Of a stretch of DNA of 57,082 nucleotides, positions 46,412 through 56,352 are shown piece after piece. This DNA comes from Candidatus Woesearchaeota archaeon (GTDB lineage: Archaea; Nanobdellota; Nanobdellia; Woesearchaeales; GW2011-AR4): assembly GCA_018303625.1 (NCBI GenBank), contig JAGVXV010000003.1, positions 1 through 57,082 on the forward strand. The letters run 5' to 3'. A model generated the notes under the pieces. It saw only the letters and a list, made by a program, of their open reading frames with translations. It did not search any database and had not been told where the DNA came from. Position 1 is the stretch's first letter. Every line of letters starts with the position of its first letter. A program made the translations under genes and the position numbers.

Positions 46412-47620
46412 ATGCACCCTTACACCAAGAAGTATATTCCTGAAAAAAGCTCTGATATAATAGGCCAGGACGCAGCCCTGAAGGAGTTGAAGGATTTTGT
46501 AATTAACTTTAAGAGGAAAAAAAACAAGGCAGCCTTGCTCTACGGCCCTTCCGGAACAGGAAAAACGGGCAGCGTTTATGCAATAGCGAATGAGCTGGGC
46601 CTGGAAATACTGGAGGTTAACGCTTCTGATTTCAGGAATGCTGAGCAGATAGATTCTAGGGCAGGAATGGCTGCAGGGCAGCAAAGCCTGTTCTTTAAAA
46701 GCAAGATAATCCTCGTTGATGAAGTAGATGGCTTGTCAGGAACGCAGGACAGGGGAGGCATACAGGCAATAATAAAGCTGGTTGAAAAAAGTGCTTTTCC
46801 TATAATCCTGACTGCAATGAACCCCTGGGACCATAAATTCGCAGCATTGAGAAGAAAATCAAATATGGTCGAATTCCAGCCTCTTGATGCAAACTCAATT
46901 TTTAGAATCCTTAAAAAGATATGTGATGAGGAGAAAATAAAGCACGAAGAGGAAGTTCTAAAAGGGCTGGCAAGAAGAAGCGCCGGGGATGCAAGGGCTG
47001 CAATAAACGATCTTCAAACATTAACTATTGAAAAAAACGAGCTGACAAAAGAAAGCCTTGAGGAGCTGCACGAGAGAAACAAGGTTGACAGCATCATCAA
47101 TGCATTAATAAAAATCTTCAGGACAACCGACCCTAAAATTGCTTTAAGCGCATTTGAAAATGTCGAGGAAAATCTCGATGAGCAGCTGTTGTGGATAGAC
47201 GAGAATCTGCCAAGGGAATACACCAAAGCAGAGGACCTTGCAAATGCCTATGACAAGCTGAGCAAGGCGGATGTTTTCAGCAGGCGCATAAGGAGGTGGC
47301 AGCATTACCGCTTTTTGGTTTATATAAATGAGCTGATAACGGCAGGAATTGCCCTGTCAAAGGAAAAGAAATACGAGCATCATGTCCAGTACAAGCCGAC
47401 CGGCAAATTATTGAAGCTGTGGTGGGCAAAGCAGAAGTCAATGAAGAAAATGGCAATAGCGGAAAAAATAGCTGAAAAGACGCATACTTCAAAAAAAAAG
47501 GCTCTGCAAAATACCCTGCCCTACATGCAGGTTGCATTTAAAAAGAATAAGGAGTTCAGGGAAAATTTCATCCGGGAGATGGACTTGGGCGAAGAGGAGA
47601 TTGAGTGGCTCAAAAAATAG
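46412..47620 (+). CDS. rfcL: Replication factor C large subunit
   Basis: KYxP, GPSGTGKT, EVNASD, DEVDG, GDARAAINDLQ. Confidence 0.95.
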   Translation: MHPYTKKYIPEKSSDIIGQDAALKELKDFVINFKRKKNKAALLYGPSGTGKTGSVYAIANELGLEILEVNASDFRNAEQIDSRAGMAAGQQSLFFKSKIILVDEVDGLSGTQDRGGIQAIIKLVEKSAFPIILTAMNPWDHKFAALRRKSNMVEFQPLDANSIFRILKKICDEEKIKHEEEVLKGLARRSAGDARAAINDLQTLTIEKNELTKESLEELHERNKVDSIINALIKIFRTTDPKIALSAFENVEENLDEQLLWIDENLPREYTKAEDLANAYDKLSKADVFSRRIRRWQHYRFLVYINELITAGIALSKEKKYEHHVQYKPTGKLLKLWWAKQKSMKKMAIAEKIAEKTHTSKKKALQNTLPYMQVAFKKNKEFRENFIREMDLGEEEIEWLKK

Positions 47621-47693
47621 CTTTTTGGTGGTTTTTAAATTACATTAAAACAAACAACAAAATTTATATAACCATAAAAAACTTTTTCTCATT

Positions 47694-49217
47694 ATGGCAC
47701 TCTCGATAGAAGAAATGGCAGTTTTCTGTAAAAAGAAAGGCTTTGTTTACCCCAGCAGCGAAATCTACGGCGGATTTTCTGGCTTTTTTGATTACGGGCA
47801 CCTGGGAGTCGAGTTGAAAAACAATATCAAAGCCCGGTGGTGGAAAGCCTTTGTGCAGCAGAGGGAGGATATTGTCGGCATTGACGGGAGCATTATAACC
47901 CACCCAAGCGTATGGAAAGCATCAGGACATCTTGATGGCTTTGCTGATGTCATGGTTGAATGCAGGAAATGCGGCTCGAGATTCAGGGCAGACCAGCTTA
48001 TAGAAGACAAGCTCAGGATTCCCACAGCAGGCATGACAATAGGGGGAATGCATGCTGAAATAAAAGAAAATAAAATAAAATGCCAGAAATGCGGCTCTGA
48101 TTTAGGAGAGCCAAAAAAATTCAATTTGATGTTTGCGACAAATGTGGGGCCTGTGCAGACAAGCAGCTCTGCCGCTTATTTAAGGCCTGAGACAGCCCAG
48201 GTAATATTTGCGAATTTTAAGTTAGTGCAAGAAAATGCAAGGCTCAAGCTGCCTTTTGGAATTGCGCAGATTGGAAAGGCGTTCAGGAATGAAATATCCC
48301 CAAGGGATTTCCTTTTCAGGATGAGGGAATTTGAGCAGATGGAGATTGAGTATTTTGTGCACCCTGAAAAGCAGGATGAATGCATATTCATTAATGAAGT
48401 TTTGGATTATGAATTAAATGTCTTATCTGCTGATATGCAAAAAAACAGCAAAAAAATGCAGAAGATGAAAATAAAAGAATGCCTAAATAAAAAGATAATA
48501 AAAACAAAATGGCATGCTTACTGGCTTGCTATGGCGCACAAGTGGTTTGTTGAGCTAGGCGCCAATGCAGAAAATTTCAGGATAAGGCAGCATGTCAAGG
48601 ATGAGCTTTCGCATTACGCTTTGGACACTTGGGATTTGGAATATGAGTTCCCATTTGGATGGAAGGAGCTGCAAGGGCTTTCCAACAGGACTGATTTTGA
48701 CTTAAAGCAGCATATGCAGCATTCAAAAACAGACTTAAGCATTTTTGATGAGGAAAGCAAGAAGAAGATTCTGCCGCATGTCATCTGCGAGCCTTCGCAG
48801 GGAGTTGACAGGGCTTTCTTAGTCTTTATGTTTGATGCCTATAGCTATGATAAGGAAAGGGGAAATGTTGTTTTGAGATTGCATCCTAAACTGGCTCCGG
48901 TTAAAGTTGGGATTTTTTCATTGGTTAATAAGTTAGATGAAGAAGCCAGGAAAGTTTATGATTCACTGAAAAAGGAATTTGCCTGCACTTTTGACAGGAG
49001 CGGAAGCATTGGAAGAAGGTATGCAAGGGCGGATGAAATTGGAATTCCTTACTGTGTTACAATTGACTTTGACACTTTGAAGAATAAGGATGTCACTATA
49101 AGGGACAGGGATACAACAGAGCAGATAAGGGTTAAGATTGACGATTTAAAGAAAACAATGAGCAAATTAACCAATTCTGAAATTGAATTCGGAAAAGCAG
49201 GCAAATCGATTAAATAA
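47694..49217 (+). CDS. glyS: Glycine--tRNA ligase (alpha2 type)
   Basis: EIYGG, LRPETAQ, FRNEISPR, REFEQME, SIGRRYAR. Confidence 0.97.
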   Translation: MALSIEEMAVFCKKKGFVYPSSEIYGGFSGFFDYGHLGVELKNNIKARWWKAFVQQREDIVGIDGSIITHPSVWKASGHLDGFADVMVECRKCGSRFRADQLIEDKLRIPTAGMTIGGMHAEIKENKIKCQKCGSDLGEPKKFNLMFATNVGPVQTSSSAAYLRPETAQVIFANFKLVQENARLKLPFGIAQIGKAFRNEISPRDFLFRMREFEQMEIEYFVHPEKQDECIFINEVLDYELNVLSADMQKNSKKMQKMKIKECLNKKIIKTKWHAYWLAMAHKWFVELGANAENFRIRQHVKDELSHYALDTWDLEYEFPFGWKELQGLSNRTDFDLKQHMQHSKTDLSIFDEESKKKILPHVICEPSQGVDRAFLVFMFDAYSYDKERGNVVLRLHPKLAPVKVGIFSLVNKLDEEARKVYDSLKKEFACTFDRSGSIGRRYARADEIGIPYCVTIDFDTLKNKDVTIRDRDTTEQIRVKIDDLKKTMSKLTNSEIEFGKAGKSIK

Positions 49218-49266
49218 ACCGTTTTTCAGCATAATCTTTATAAACCTAATTAGAAAACTATACCCT

Positions 49267-49725
49267 ATGGCAATCAAGGACTTGAAAATAAGGCAGGGCA
49301 ATGTCGATGTTACGGTTGACATTGTTGACGTTGGTGATACAAGGGAATTTGAAAAATTCGGAAAGCGTGGAAGGGTTGCGACAGCTGTAGCCAAGGACGA
49401 TACAGGGGATATAAAGCTTACTTTGTGGAACGAGGACATTGACAGGATAAAGCCGGGAGATAAGGTGCACATAACCAACGGCTATGTTTCCGAATGGCAG
49501 GGCGAGCCTCAATTGACAACAGGGAAGTTTGGAAAGATAGAAGTAATGGGAGAAAGCAAAATAGCAAAAGAGGAAATGACAATGCCCCCAGATGAGGAGG
49601 AGGACAAAAGGCTTTACAGGGAAGCGGAGAAAAAGACAAAAAAGGCTGAAAAGGAGGCGTACCACGAGGAAGAGGGAGAATTAAGCGAGGAGCCTGTTTT
49701 TGATGAGGAGCAGATTGAAGATTAA
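49267..49725 (+). CDS. Single OB-fold ssDNA-binding protein with acidic tail
   Basis: DDTGDIKLTLW, NGYVSEWQG. Confidence 0.88.
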   Translation: MAIKDLKIRQGNVDVTVDIVDVGDTREFEKFGKRGRVATAVAKDDTGDIKLTLWNEDIDRIKPGDKVHITNGYVSEWQGEPQLTTGKFGKIEVMGESKIAKEEMTMPPDEEEDKRLYREAEKKTKKAEKEAYHEEEGELSEEPVFDEEQIED

Positions 49726-49776
49726 TTCTTAAAAACATAACATATTTAAACCAAAAATAAATTCATTTTCTTTATT

Positions 49777-49863
49777 GGGACCGTAGCTCAGTCTGGGAGA
49801 GCACTACGCTGAAGAACTGCTTTTGAAACGTAGGTGTCGTGGATTCAAATTCCACCGGTCCCA
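49777..49863 (+). tRNA. tRNA-Phe(GAA) with 13-nt intron at 37/38 (49815-49827)
   Basis: GGGACCG/CGGTCCC, CTACG/CGTAG, GTGGA-TTCAAAT-TCCAC, A73. Confidence 0.92.
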
Positions 49864-49889
49864 TTTGCCTTTAAACTTCTTGCAGCAGC

Positions 49890-50459
49890 CTAAAACGCAT
49901 TTGGCCCTTCTTTTAACGATTCCGGATCAGGTATTATCCTGTCTATCATCTCAATGACAAAATATCCCAGAGGGAAGAACAGCACAACAGAAAAGACGAA
50001 TTGCCATGTTAATTCAACCACATTGTAAAATATAGGAGTGAACACAATAACAATATAAGTGACAATGCGGATCCTGCCAATATACTTTGTCAGCGCTTTC
50101 CCTTTCGCGCCTTTGTAAATTATGAAGATTCCATACAGCAGCACAAAGACGGCCACCAAAAACTTCCCCGCGATTTGCTTCCATGTCATTTTTGTTCCTT
50201 CAATGAGGGCGTTAGTTGTCGTTCTGGTCCAGTCAATGCCCACCCACAGTGCAATTACGCCGTTGGAAATCGCATTCCCTATCGATGTGCCTTTTTTCTC
50301 CTGAAAAACTTCTGTAAAAAGCCAGCCGAGGTAGATTGGCACCAAAACCCACAGCATGTTTAGATTTTCAAAAGGGGCAACAAAAATGGCATGGAGCCAA
50401 AGCTTCAGCAAAGCCCACAGGTACAGACCTATAGAACTCAGTATTGATAAAAAGCTCAT
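49890..50459 (-). CDS. Hypothetical membrane protein
   Basis: Multi-TM ORF. Confidence 0.75.
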   Translation of the reverse strand: MSFLSILSSIGLYLWALLKLWLHAIFVAPFENLNMLWVLVPIYLGWLFTEVFQEKKGTSIGNAISNGVIALWVGIDWTRTTTNALIEGTKMTWKQIAGKFLVAVFVLLYGIFIIYKGAKGKALTKYIGRIRIVTYIVIVFTPIFYNVVELTWQFVFSVVLFFPLGYFVIEMIDRIIPDPESLKEGPNAF

Positions 50460-50670
50460 GCGGCAGATGTTGAGGAAGTACTATAAATAATTTGTTGTAA
50501 ATTCCAAAGGCTGGCTCTTTGATTTTCTTTGGGAGGGTTTGATATTCCTAAAAGAATAATTTTAACATAAAAATATTTATATAGGAATAATCCTATATAG
50601 CAGGAGAGGTGGTGAAATTCGAGATTATAAGTGAGATTTTAAGGAGCAAAGGGCTGGTTATAGGGCCTAT

Positions 50671-52845
50671 TTAGGCATTCAGCGTGGTAGTCAGGATTGT
50701 AGAGGCAAGTACATTGAATAGTATCATTACAATCAGCGATATAATGCAGTAAAGAATCGTGCTTTTTGTCAGATTCTGGCCTAATTGGTATTTTTCCATC
50801 AGCGTGTCAGAGCCGTTTTCAATGCCGTTTGCCAAAACTGTCAGTATATACGTAATCTGGACAACATAGATGCCGACAATTATCTGGAAATGATATGTGG
50901 GGATGCCTTCTCCGAAAAGCCCGACTAAGCCTATATTCGCCCCTTCGGTGCCTTCTGATGTAAGCTGCCCGAGCTGCTGCCCAAGCTTTCCCAGAATTGT
51001 CCCGACCATAGATGTTATGCCTATCACGATTCCTGCTATTGCAGGCGTCAAAAACTTGATTTGAGAAACCATGGAAGAGATTATATCAGCCATCAGGTCT
51101 TTGAGGCGCTCATTAACCTTATGTATCTCTTTGATGTACCTTGAAACATTTGTCAGCGCCTGGGCTGCTATCAAGGGACCTTTTTTCAATGACTGCGTTA
51201 AGACCTTCATTGAGCTTTCAATCAGGTTGGATGGGAACTTTACCAAAGCGCCATGCAGCGGGTCAAAAATAGCGGTTTGCACGGACATGCCAAGCTTTCT
51301 TATGTTTGTGCTTACAAGCTCGAAAAAGCTTCCTGAGACAGTCCCTTCCATGACTGAAGCGACTTTGCCGAATGCAATTTCAGCCGGAAGCCCGTCGCCA
51401 AGCCTGTTGCCCAGCTGGAACATGGCATTTGCAAATTCAAGCTCAAGCTGCTTTGACCTTTCCCTTATCTTGATTATATTCTTTGACCTCAGCTTGTAAA
51501 ATATGCCTATTGAGAGGCCTAATGCCAAAGTAACAGATAAGCTCAGTAGCGCAGCCCCCAATCCATAAGGCCCTGTTTCCTGCCCGGTAGTTTCATTTTC
51601 CCTGTAGCTTAGCAGGCAAAACTTTTTTCCGCAGCTGCTGGTTAAGTCCTCCTCGCCAAATCCGATATCGGGGGAGTTTACTGCATGCAATATCAATGGG
51701 CTTAAGCCTAAAATCAGCAGAAAAATGCCCAGCAGCACGCTTACTACGAGGGGGCTGAGGCTTAATTCAGCATTTCCTACCTTTATTATTATATTCTTGT
51801 ACCTTTTTAATTCAGGATTTTCCTCTGAAATGTCATTTTCCCCGTAACCAGTAGGCCTTCTGCTGAGTATGTTTTTGCCCAGGAAATAAACTGCAATCGG
51901 CAATGTTACATTGTAGATTGTTGCGATATGGTACCATTTCGCATTTTCCATAAATGCCACGACCAACGGCAGAATGACCAAGCCCAGAATAGGCAGGATT
52001 ATCCCAAGCATGTGCAGCATTGTTATCGGGCTTTGCAGATTATGGGCGTAGTGCAGCATTTTTTCATAAGTTTCGTCCAGAATAACATCAAGGGCCTTGT
52101 CAAGGGAGTTAAGCCTGCGGCTTTCAGAAGTCTCGTACAATGATGCCTCAACCAAATGGAAAGACTCTATAAACTCCAGATTCCATTTTTTCCATGTTTC
52201 AAGGTACATGTCCATGCTTTCCTTTATTGATGCATACTTCTCAGACTCAACATCCCATAAGACTTTTTTAAGGTCGAGGCTTAAGGGGGGCGCCAGGTGC
52301 TCTGACGCGAATTCTATTGCATTCTCAAGATTAGAGGTGTGCCTCATGTAAGTCACGACATAGAAAGTGCACAAAACCATCTGGTTTGAGGCTTTCAGGC
52401 GCCAGCTGTTGGCGGCATATTCAGGAAATTTTGCCAGCGGCCTCATCAAAGACAGGCCGACAATGAAGAAAAACATTATGAAAAATGTCGACTGCAGCAG
52501 GGCAAATGAGAGCAATGAGCCGAAAAGTATTATGAATATCGGCGCAAAGTAGGAAAAGGAGAGCACTCCTGCGGGCGTTGCATTTAAGTGCGCAATGCTG
52601 ATATTTTCCTGCATTGATTGCGCATTTTTTTCATTTGGCTTTACCTTTATGAATTTCTCGCTTAGGCTGCATAATTTTTCGTACAGGCTCAAATGCCGGG
52701 GCATGTATTGCTTCTTGAATTCCTGGTACTCTGTTGAAGAAATCTGCTTGGGCTGCTGCAGCTTTGCGCCTAGCTCGCGCTCTATGTTCCTCTTGTAAAC
52801 CTCAACAAGATTCCTTAATCTCTCCCTGTCTATCTCGGATGGCAT
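50671..52845 (-). CDS. Type IV pilus/archaellum-like platform membrane protein (ArlJ/TadC-like)
   Basis: Multi-TM with two soluble domains; directly downstream of the secretion ATPase. Confidence 0.8.
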   Translation of the reverse strand: MPSEIDRERLRNLVEVYKRNIERELGAKLQQPKQISSTEYQEFKKQYMPRHLSLYEKLCSLSEKFIKVKPNEKNAQSMQENISIAHLNATPAGVLSFSYFAPIFIILFGSLLSFALLQSTFFIMFFFIVGLSLMRPLAKFPEYAANSWRLKASNQMVLCTFYVVTYMRHTSNLENAIEFASEHLAPPLSLDLKKVLWDVESEKYASIKESMDMYLETWKKWNLEFIESFHLVEASLYETSESRRLNSLDKALDVILDETYEKMLHYAHNLQSPITMLHMLGIILPILGLVILPLVVAFMENAKWYHIATIYNVTLPIAVYFLGKNILSRRPTGYGENDISEENPELKRYKNIIIKVGNAELSLSPLVVSVLLGIFLLILGLSPLILHAVNSPDIGFGEEDLTSSCGKKFCLLSYRENETTGQETGPYGLGAALLSLSVTLALGLSIGIFYKLRSKNIIKIRERSKQLELEFANAMFQLGNRLGDGLPAEIAFGKVASVMEGTVSGSFFELVSTNIRKLGMSVQTAIFDPLHGALVKFPSNLIESSMKVLTQSLKKGPLIAAQALTNVSRYIKEIHKVNERLKDLMADIISSMVSQIKFLTPAIAGIVIGITSMVGTILGKLGQQLGQLTSEGTEGANIGLVGLFGEGIPTYHFQIIVGIYVVQITYILTVLANGIENGSDTLMEKYQLGQNLTKSTILYCIISLIVMILFNVLASTILTTTLNA

Positions 52846-52913
52846 TTTAATTCAGAATTGAAGAAATTCCAATGTTTTTATCACCTCTTTTCAAAAATTT
52901 TTATTAGCAATCC

Positions 52914-55202
52914 TTAAATATTCATTTTCTTGGCTGTCCTTTGCAGCCACTGGTTCCATTCCGCAAGTATCCTTTTTGAGTCCAGAGCGCCAACTTCTTC
53001 CTTGATTTTATCAGCAATTTTGTGGTACTGGTCGTTTGAGTTTATTACAAAATCGGCTTCGAGCAAATTCGGCATTTTCGCCTTATCGGAAAATTGCACA
53101 AGCGTTTCCTTGATTTTTGTCCTTAGCAGGATATTATCCCAGACAGCATCCCAGTTGCCTGCCCATTCCTTTACATTTCCCGCAACACCTTTTAGGATTT
53201 CGCTCTCGCCATTAATCAGGTCATCGCTGGGCTCTAACTGGTCTGTTCTTGAGTCGTATTTCATCAGGTCGGAAAAGCCGTTTTCAAGCAATGGATCCTG
53301 CTCCCAGTGCTTCCTTACTTCAGTTAATTGAGTGACTCTGCGCCAGCGATGCAGCCCGTCTGCGCTTCTTATAGGATTTGCAACAACAATAATGTCTGTT
53401 GCCTTGAAGCTTGTCCTTGGAACCTGCAAATCATTGACAACCCTGTCAAAAACGCCATATGGGGAATCTCCATGAATTGTTCCTGCCACGACATTAGCCA
53501 AAGCTCCTATCCTCATTGCCTCATATAGGGCAAGAGCTTCTTTGCTTCTTATTTCACCGACAATTAAAGCAGAGTCTCCCATTCTTAGTGTAGTCCTTAT
53601 GCCCTCATCAGCGGGAACTTCAGAGCCACCTTTAGACAAAGCAGCTGCAACTTTCATCGCCTGTATATTATAGCCTAATTTTCTTAATGATGATGTTGGC
53701 AGTTCTAGTGTATCCTCAATCGTTATAACGCGGTATTTTCTCATTAATTCAACAAGCAATGCCCCAAGCAAAGAGGTTTTTCCTGCTGACCTTGTTCCAG
53801 CGACAAGTATTGTTCTCGCGCCGTCTATCAAAAAGCTCAGGATTCCTGCCGACAGCGGGTTTATCATCCTGTTTTTTATAAACAGAGGAAGTGTCCACGG
53901 CTTATCGCGGTGCCTTCTGAATGCATAAGCCAGCCCAAAAGGGTTTAATGGCGGAGCAACAACAGCAACTCTTGCCCTCGCTTCCGGAATTTCCAGCTCT
54001 GTGTCCAAAATCGGGTTGGCTTCGTCCAGAGGCCTGCCGGAAATCAATCTTAATTTTGAAGCCCAGCTTTCCGCCTCTGGTATTGTCGGCACGATATTTG
54101 TCCTGCAGTCAGCATAATCCTGGTGCACAATAAACATAGGAACCTCGCCCATAGGCGAGTTTATTGTTATATCCTGCACTTTTTCATCCTTAAGCAAAAG
54201 CTCTATAAGCCCGAAACCGACTGTGTATCTCACCAGAATTTCGGTCAGCTGCTCGATTTCCTCTGCCTTGAGCTTTAAATTCCTGTAGCTGCTTAGCTCT
54301 TCAATCAAGTCTTGGCCTACATTGGAGAAAACCTGCCTCATCCTTTCAGGATTCACAAATTCGTCTTTCGATGGCTTGTGCTCTGCCATTATCTTTCTTG
54401 CAGTGTCCAGAATTTCATATTTTTCCTCTGAAAGCTTGAATTCAGGAGGCACCATGTGATAAAGGTAATGCACGCTGTCCGGCAGCTCAAAAATAGTCAC
54501 TTCCGTGTCGCCTACAGTGTATGTATCAATCTCTTCTGCATCGTGCGGAAAAGTTGCCATCAGCCTTGTAAACATAAAGTCAGGCCTTATCGTAGCTGCG
54601 AAGATTTTACTGTAAACTGACCTGTCACCTATTTTATAGCCGGCAATGTATGGCTTTGCAATCGCTATAAGCCTTGTTTTTTCCAGCAGGCCTATCAGGT
54701 AGTCAATCAGCGCCGTATATTTCTGGGTGCATTTTATATACTGCTGGTCAGGGGATTTTTCCGAGCTTATCCTTTCTTCCCTGCTCAGCCTTACCAATTC
54801 AACATAAGCCCCTATCGGATCAGCCCTTAGCAAATTTGAGATGGTGTTTTGTATCGAGGCATACCATGTATTGGCCCATTTCCCGCAGGTTATATCTGAA
54901 AGAAGCGCAGTATAGCTGAAAAAATCCTTTCTTTTTGTCAGCTGCTTGTATAAATTCGCGATTTCCTGTATAAGAAGAGTTTGGCCGTAGTCATACTCAT
55001 AGTTCCTTTTCTGCAGGAAAACGATCTTTGTTATTTTTCCCGACTCTATTATCAGGTCGCATGTTTTTGCCATCACAACAGGGTCATCTTCCAGAGAAGG
55101 GACTTTTTGGTATTCTTCCAAGTCTATCATCAATATCGTCTCTTCGCCTTCCCTTACTATGTCATAGCTGAAGGGCTTCTTGCTCTCTCCAAACAAAGCC
55201 AT
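52914..55202 (-). CDS. Type II/IV secretion-family ATPase (ArlI/VirB11-like)
   Basis: GTRSAGKT, IEDTLEL, LIVGEIR, GTIH. Confidence 0.93.
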   Translation of the reverse strand: MALFGESKKPFSYDIVREGEETILMIDLEEYQKVPSLEDDPVVMAKTCDLIIESGKITKIVFLQKRNYEYDYGQTLLIQEIANLYKQLTKRKDFFSYTALLSDITCGKWANTWYASIQNTISNLLRADPIGAYVELVRLSREERISSEKSPDQQYIKCTQKYTALIDYLIGLLEKTRLIAIAKPYIAGYKIGDRSVYSKIFAATIRPDFMFTRLMATFPHDAEEIDTYTVGDTEVTIFELPDSVHYLYHMVPPEFKLSEEKYEILDTARKIMAEHKPSKDEFVNPERMRQVFSNVGQDLIEELSSYRNLKLKAEEIEQLTEILVRYTVGFGLIELLLKDEKVQDITINSPMGEVPMFIVHQDYADCRTNIVPTIPEAESWASKLRLISGRPLDEANPILDTELEIPEARARVAVVAPPLNPFGLAYAFRRHRDKPWTLPLFIKNRMINPLSAGILSFLIDGARTILVAGTRSAGKTSLLGALLVELMRKYRVITIEDTLELPTSSLRKLGYNIQAMKVAAALSKGGSEVPADEGIRTTLRMGDSALIVGEIRSKEALALYEAMRIGALANVVAGTIHGDSPYGVFDRVVNDLQVPRTSFKATDIIVVANPIRSADGLHRWRRVTQLTEVRKHWEQDPLLENGFSDLMKYDSRTDQLEPSDDLINGESEILKGVAGNVKEWAGNWDAVWDNILLRTKIKETLVQFSDKAKMPNLLEADFVINSNDQYHKIADKIKEEVGALDSKRILAEWNQWLQRTAKKMNI

Positions 55203-55345
55203 TATTTATCAACCTCTTTTTTCAGATTATCCAGTGCAATTTCAATCAAATGGGACTTGTTCCTGTAGCTTTTTTTGCCTTTAATCTCCTTTTCAATCCA
55301 TTTAATGAGCTCTTCGTCAATTGTGGCGCTTATTGGCTTTTTCAT
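55202..55345 (-). CDS. Ribbon-helix-helix protein (47 aa)
   Basis: MKKPISATIDEELIKWIE...YRNKSHLIEIAL; TAATG overlap with the ATPase. Confidence 0.8.
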   Translation of the reverse strand: MKKPISATIDEELIKWIEKEIKGKKSYRNKSHLIEIALDNLKKEVDK

Positions 55346-55594
55346 TATATTATGATATATATTTTATATTTTTTACAATATTTTTTATTATTTTATATAC
55401 TTTATAATATATCAGTATTTAAAGGTTTTGGTCACAAAATATTAAAAGCCGAATTAAAAACCAGCTATAGCAAATGACTTTAATAATCGTAAGTTTAAAG
55501 ATTCTCAAAAGTCATTTGCTTATTAGGAAAAGATATTAAGTATCTTAAGCAATCATACGAAAATTAATGTCTTTTCCTATATGTTGATGACAAA

Positions 55595-55831
55595 ATGGAA
55601 TATAACACTCTAGTTGAGAAAATTGAAGGCATTCTTAATAGCTACGTTCGTAATTCCCAACGTATTGTAAATGAATTTAGAAGGGAATCTTCTATACCCG
55701 GAATATGGAGAGCTATGTACCCTAATGTTTACATAGCAAAAGGCATAAGGGAGGCTGTAATGTTTGCGGTAAATCCTTCTGGCAGAATTGAAAAATGGGC
55801 AAAATATTATAAAAATACCGGTAAAAAATGA
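55595..55831 (+). CDS. Hypothetical protein
   Basis: ORF only. Confidence 0.5.
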   Translation: MEYNTLVEKIEGILNSYVRNSQRIVNEFRRESSIPGIWRAMYPNVYIAKGIREAVMFAVNPSGRIEKWAKYYKNTGKK

Positions 55832-55934
55832 AAACAAAAAAGCACTAACCATTTTTTATAAATTATATAAAAAAATTAAAATCCGCAAGGTTTATATATA
55901 ACCTTTTCCAGAGAATATTGTTAAGCATTTTACT

Positions 55935-56348
55935 ATGGCAGAGCAACCGCTTAATGAAACATTTTTTGTTTTTGTCAGACAAAGAGGACCAGCTATAGAT
56001 TCTCGGTATGCTGTACTGTCTGTATCCACTAATCCAGATCAACTTCTGCCTTCTTATGATGGGCATGAAGGATAGGCAGATGTGAAAGGAGGCATTACAT
56101 TTCACTTTCGCCAATTCTTTGCACCTGATAATTATTTGGCAGCTATTGGACTGGATTATTTTAAAAAGGGCTTAACGACTATTTATGCTAAGAATAAGGG
56201 CAGTGGAGAATTTGATTCTGTATTATTTAGAGGGGCTGATGAGTACATCAATACCATTATTGGTGGTTTAAAAGAGAAAGTGTCAGAACCTCTTCCGGAA
56301 GATCCTTCTTTAGAGCCTATTGTTCAGGGAGAATTTGAAAATAGGTAA
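55935..56348 (+). pseudogene. Hypothetical gene interrupted by in-frame TAG at 56073-56075
   Basis: ATG after TATA-like TTTATATA; frame continuous across a single TAG into ORF 56082..56348. Confidence 0.5.
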
Positions 56349-56352
56349 CTAA

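Noticed and set aside
56073-56075. Genome-wide TAG recoding or pyrrolysine
   Set aside because: TAG terminates conserved genes at expected lengths, and no pyl genes are in the window.
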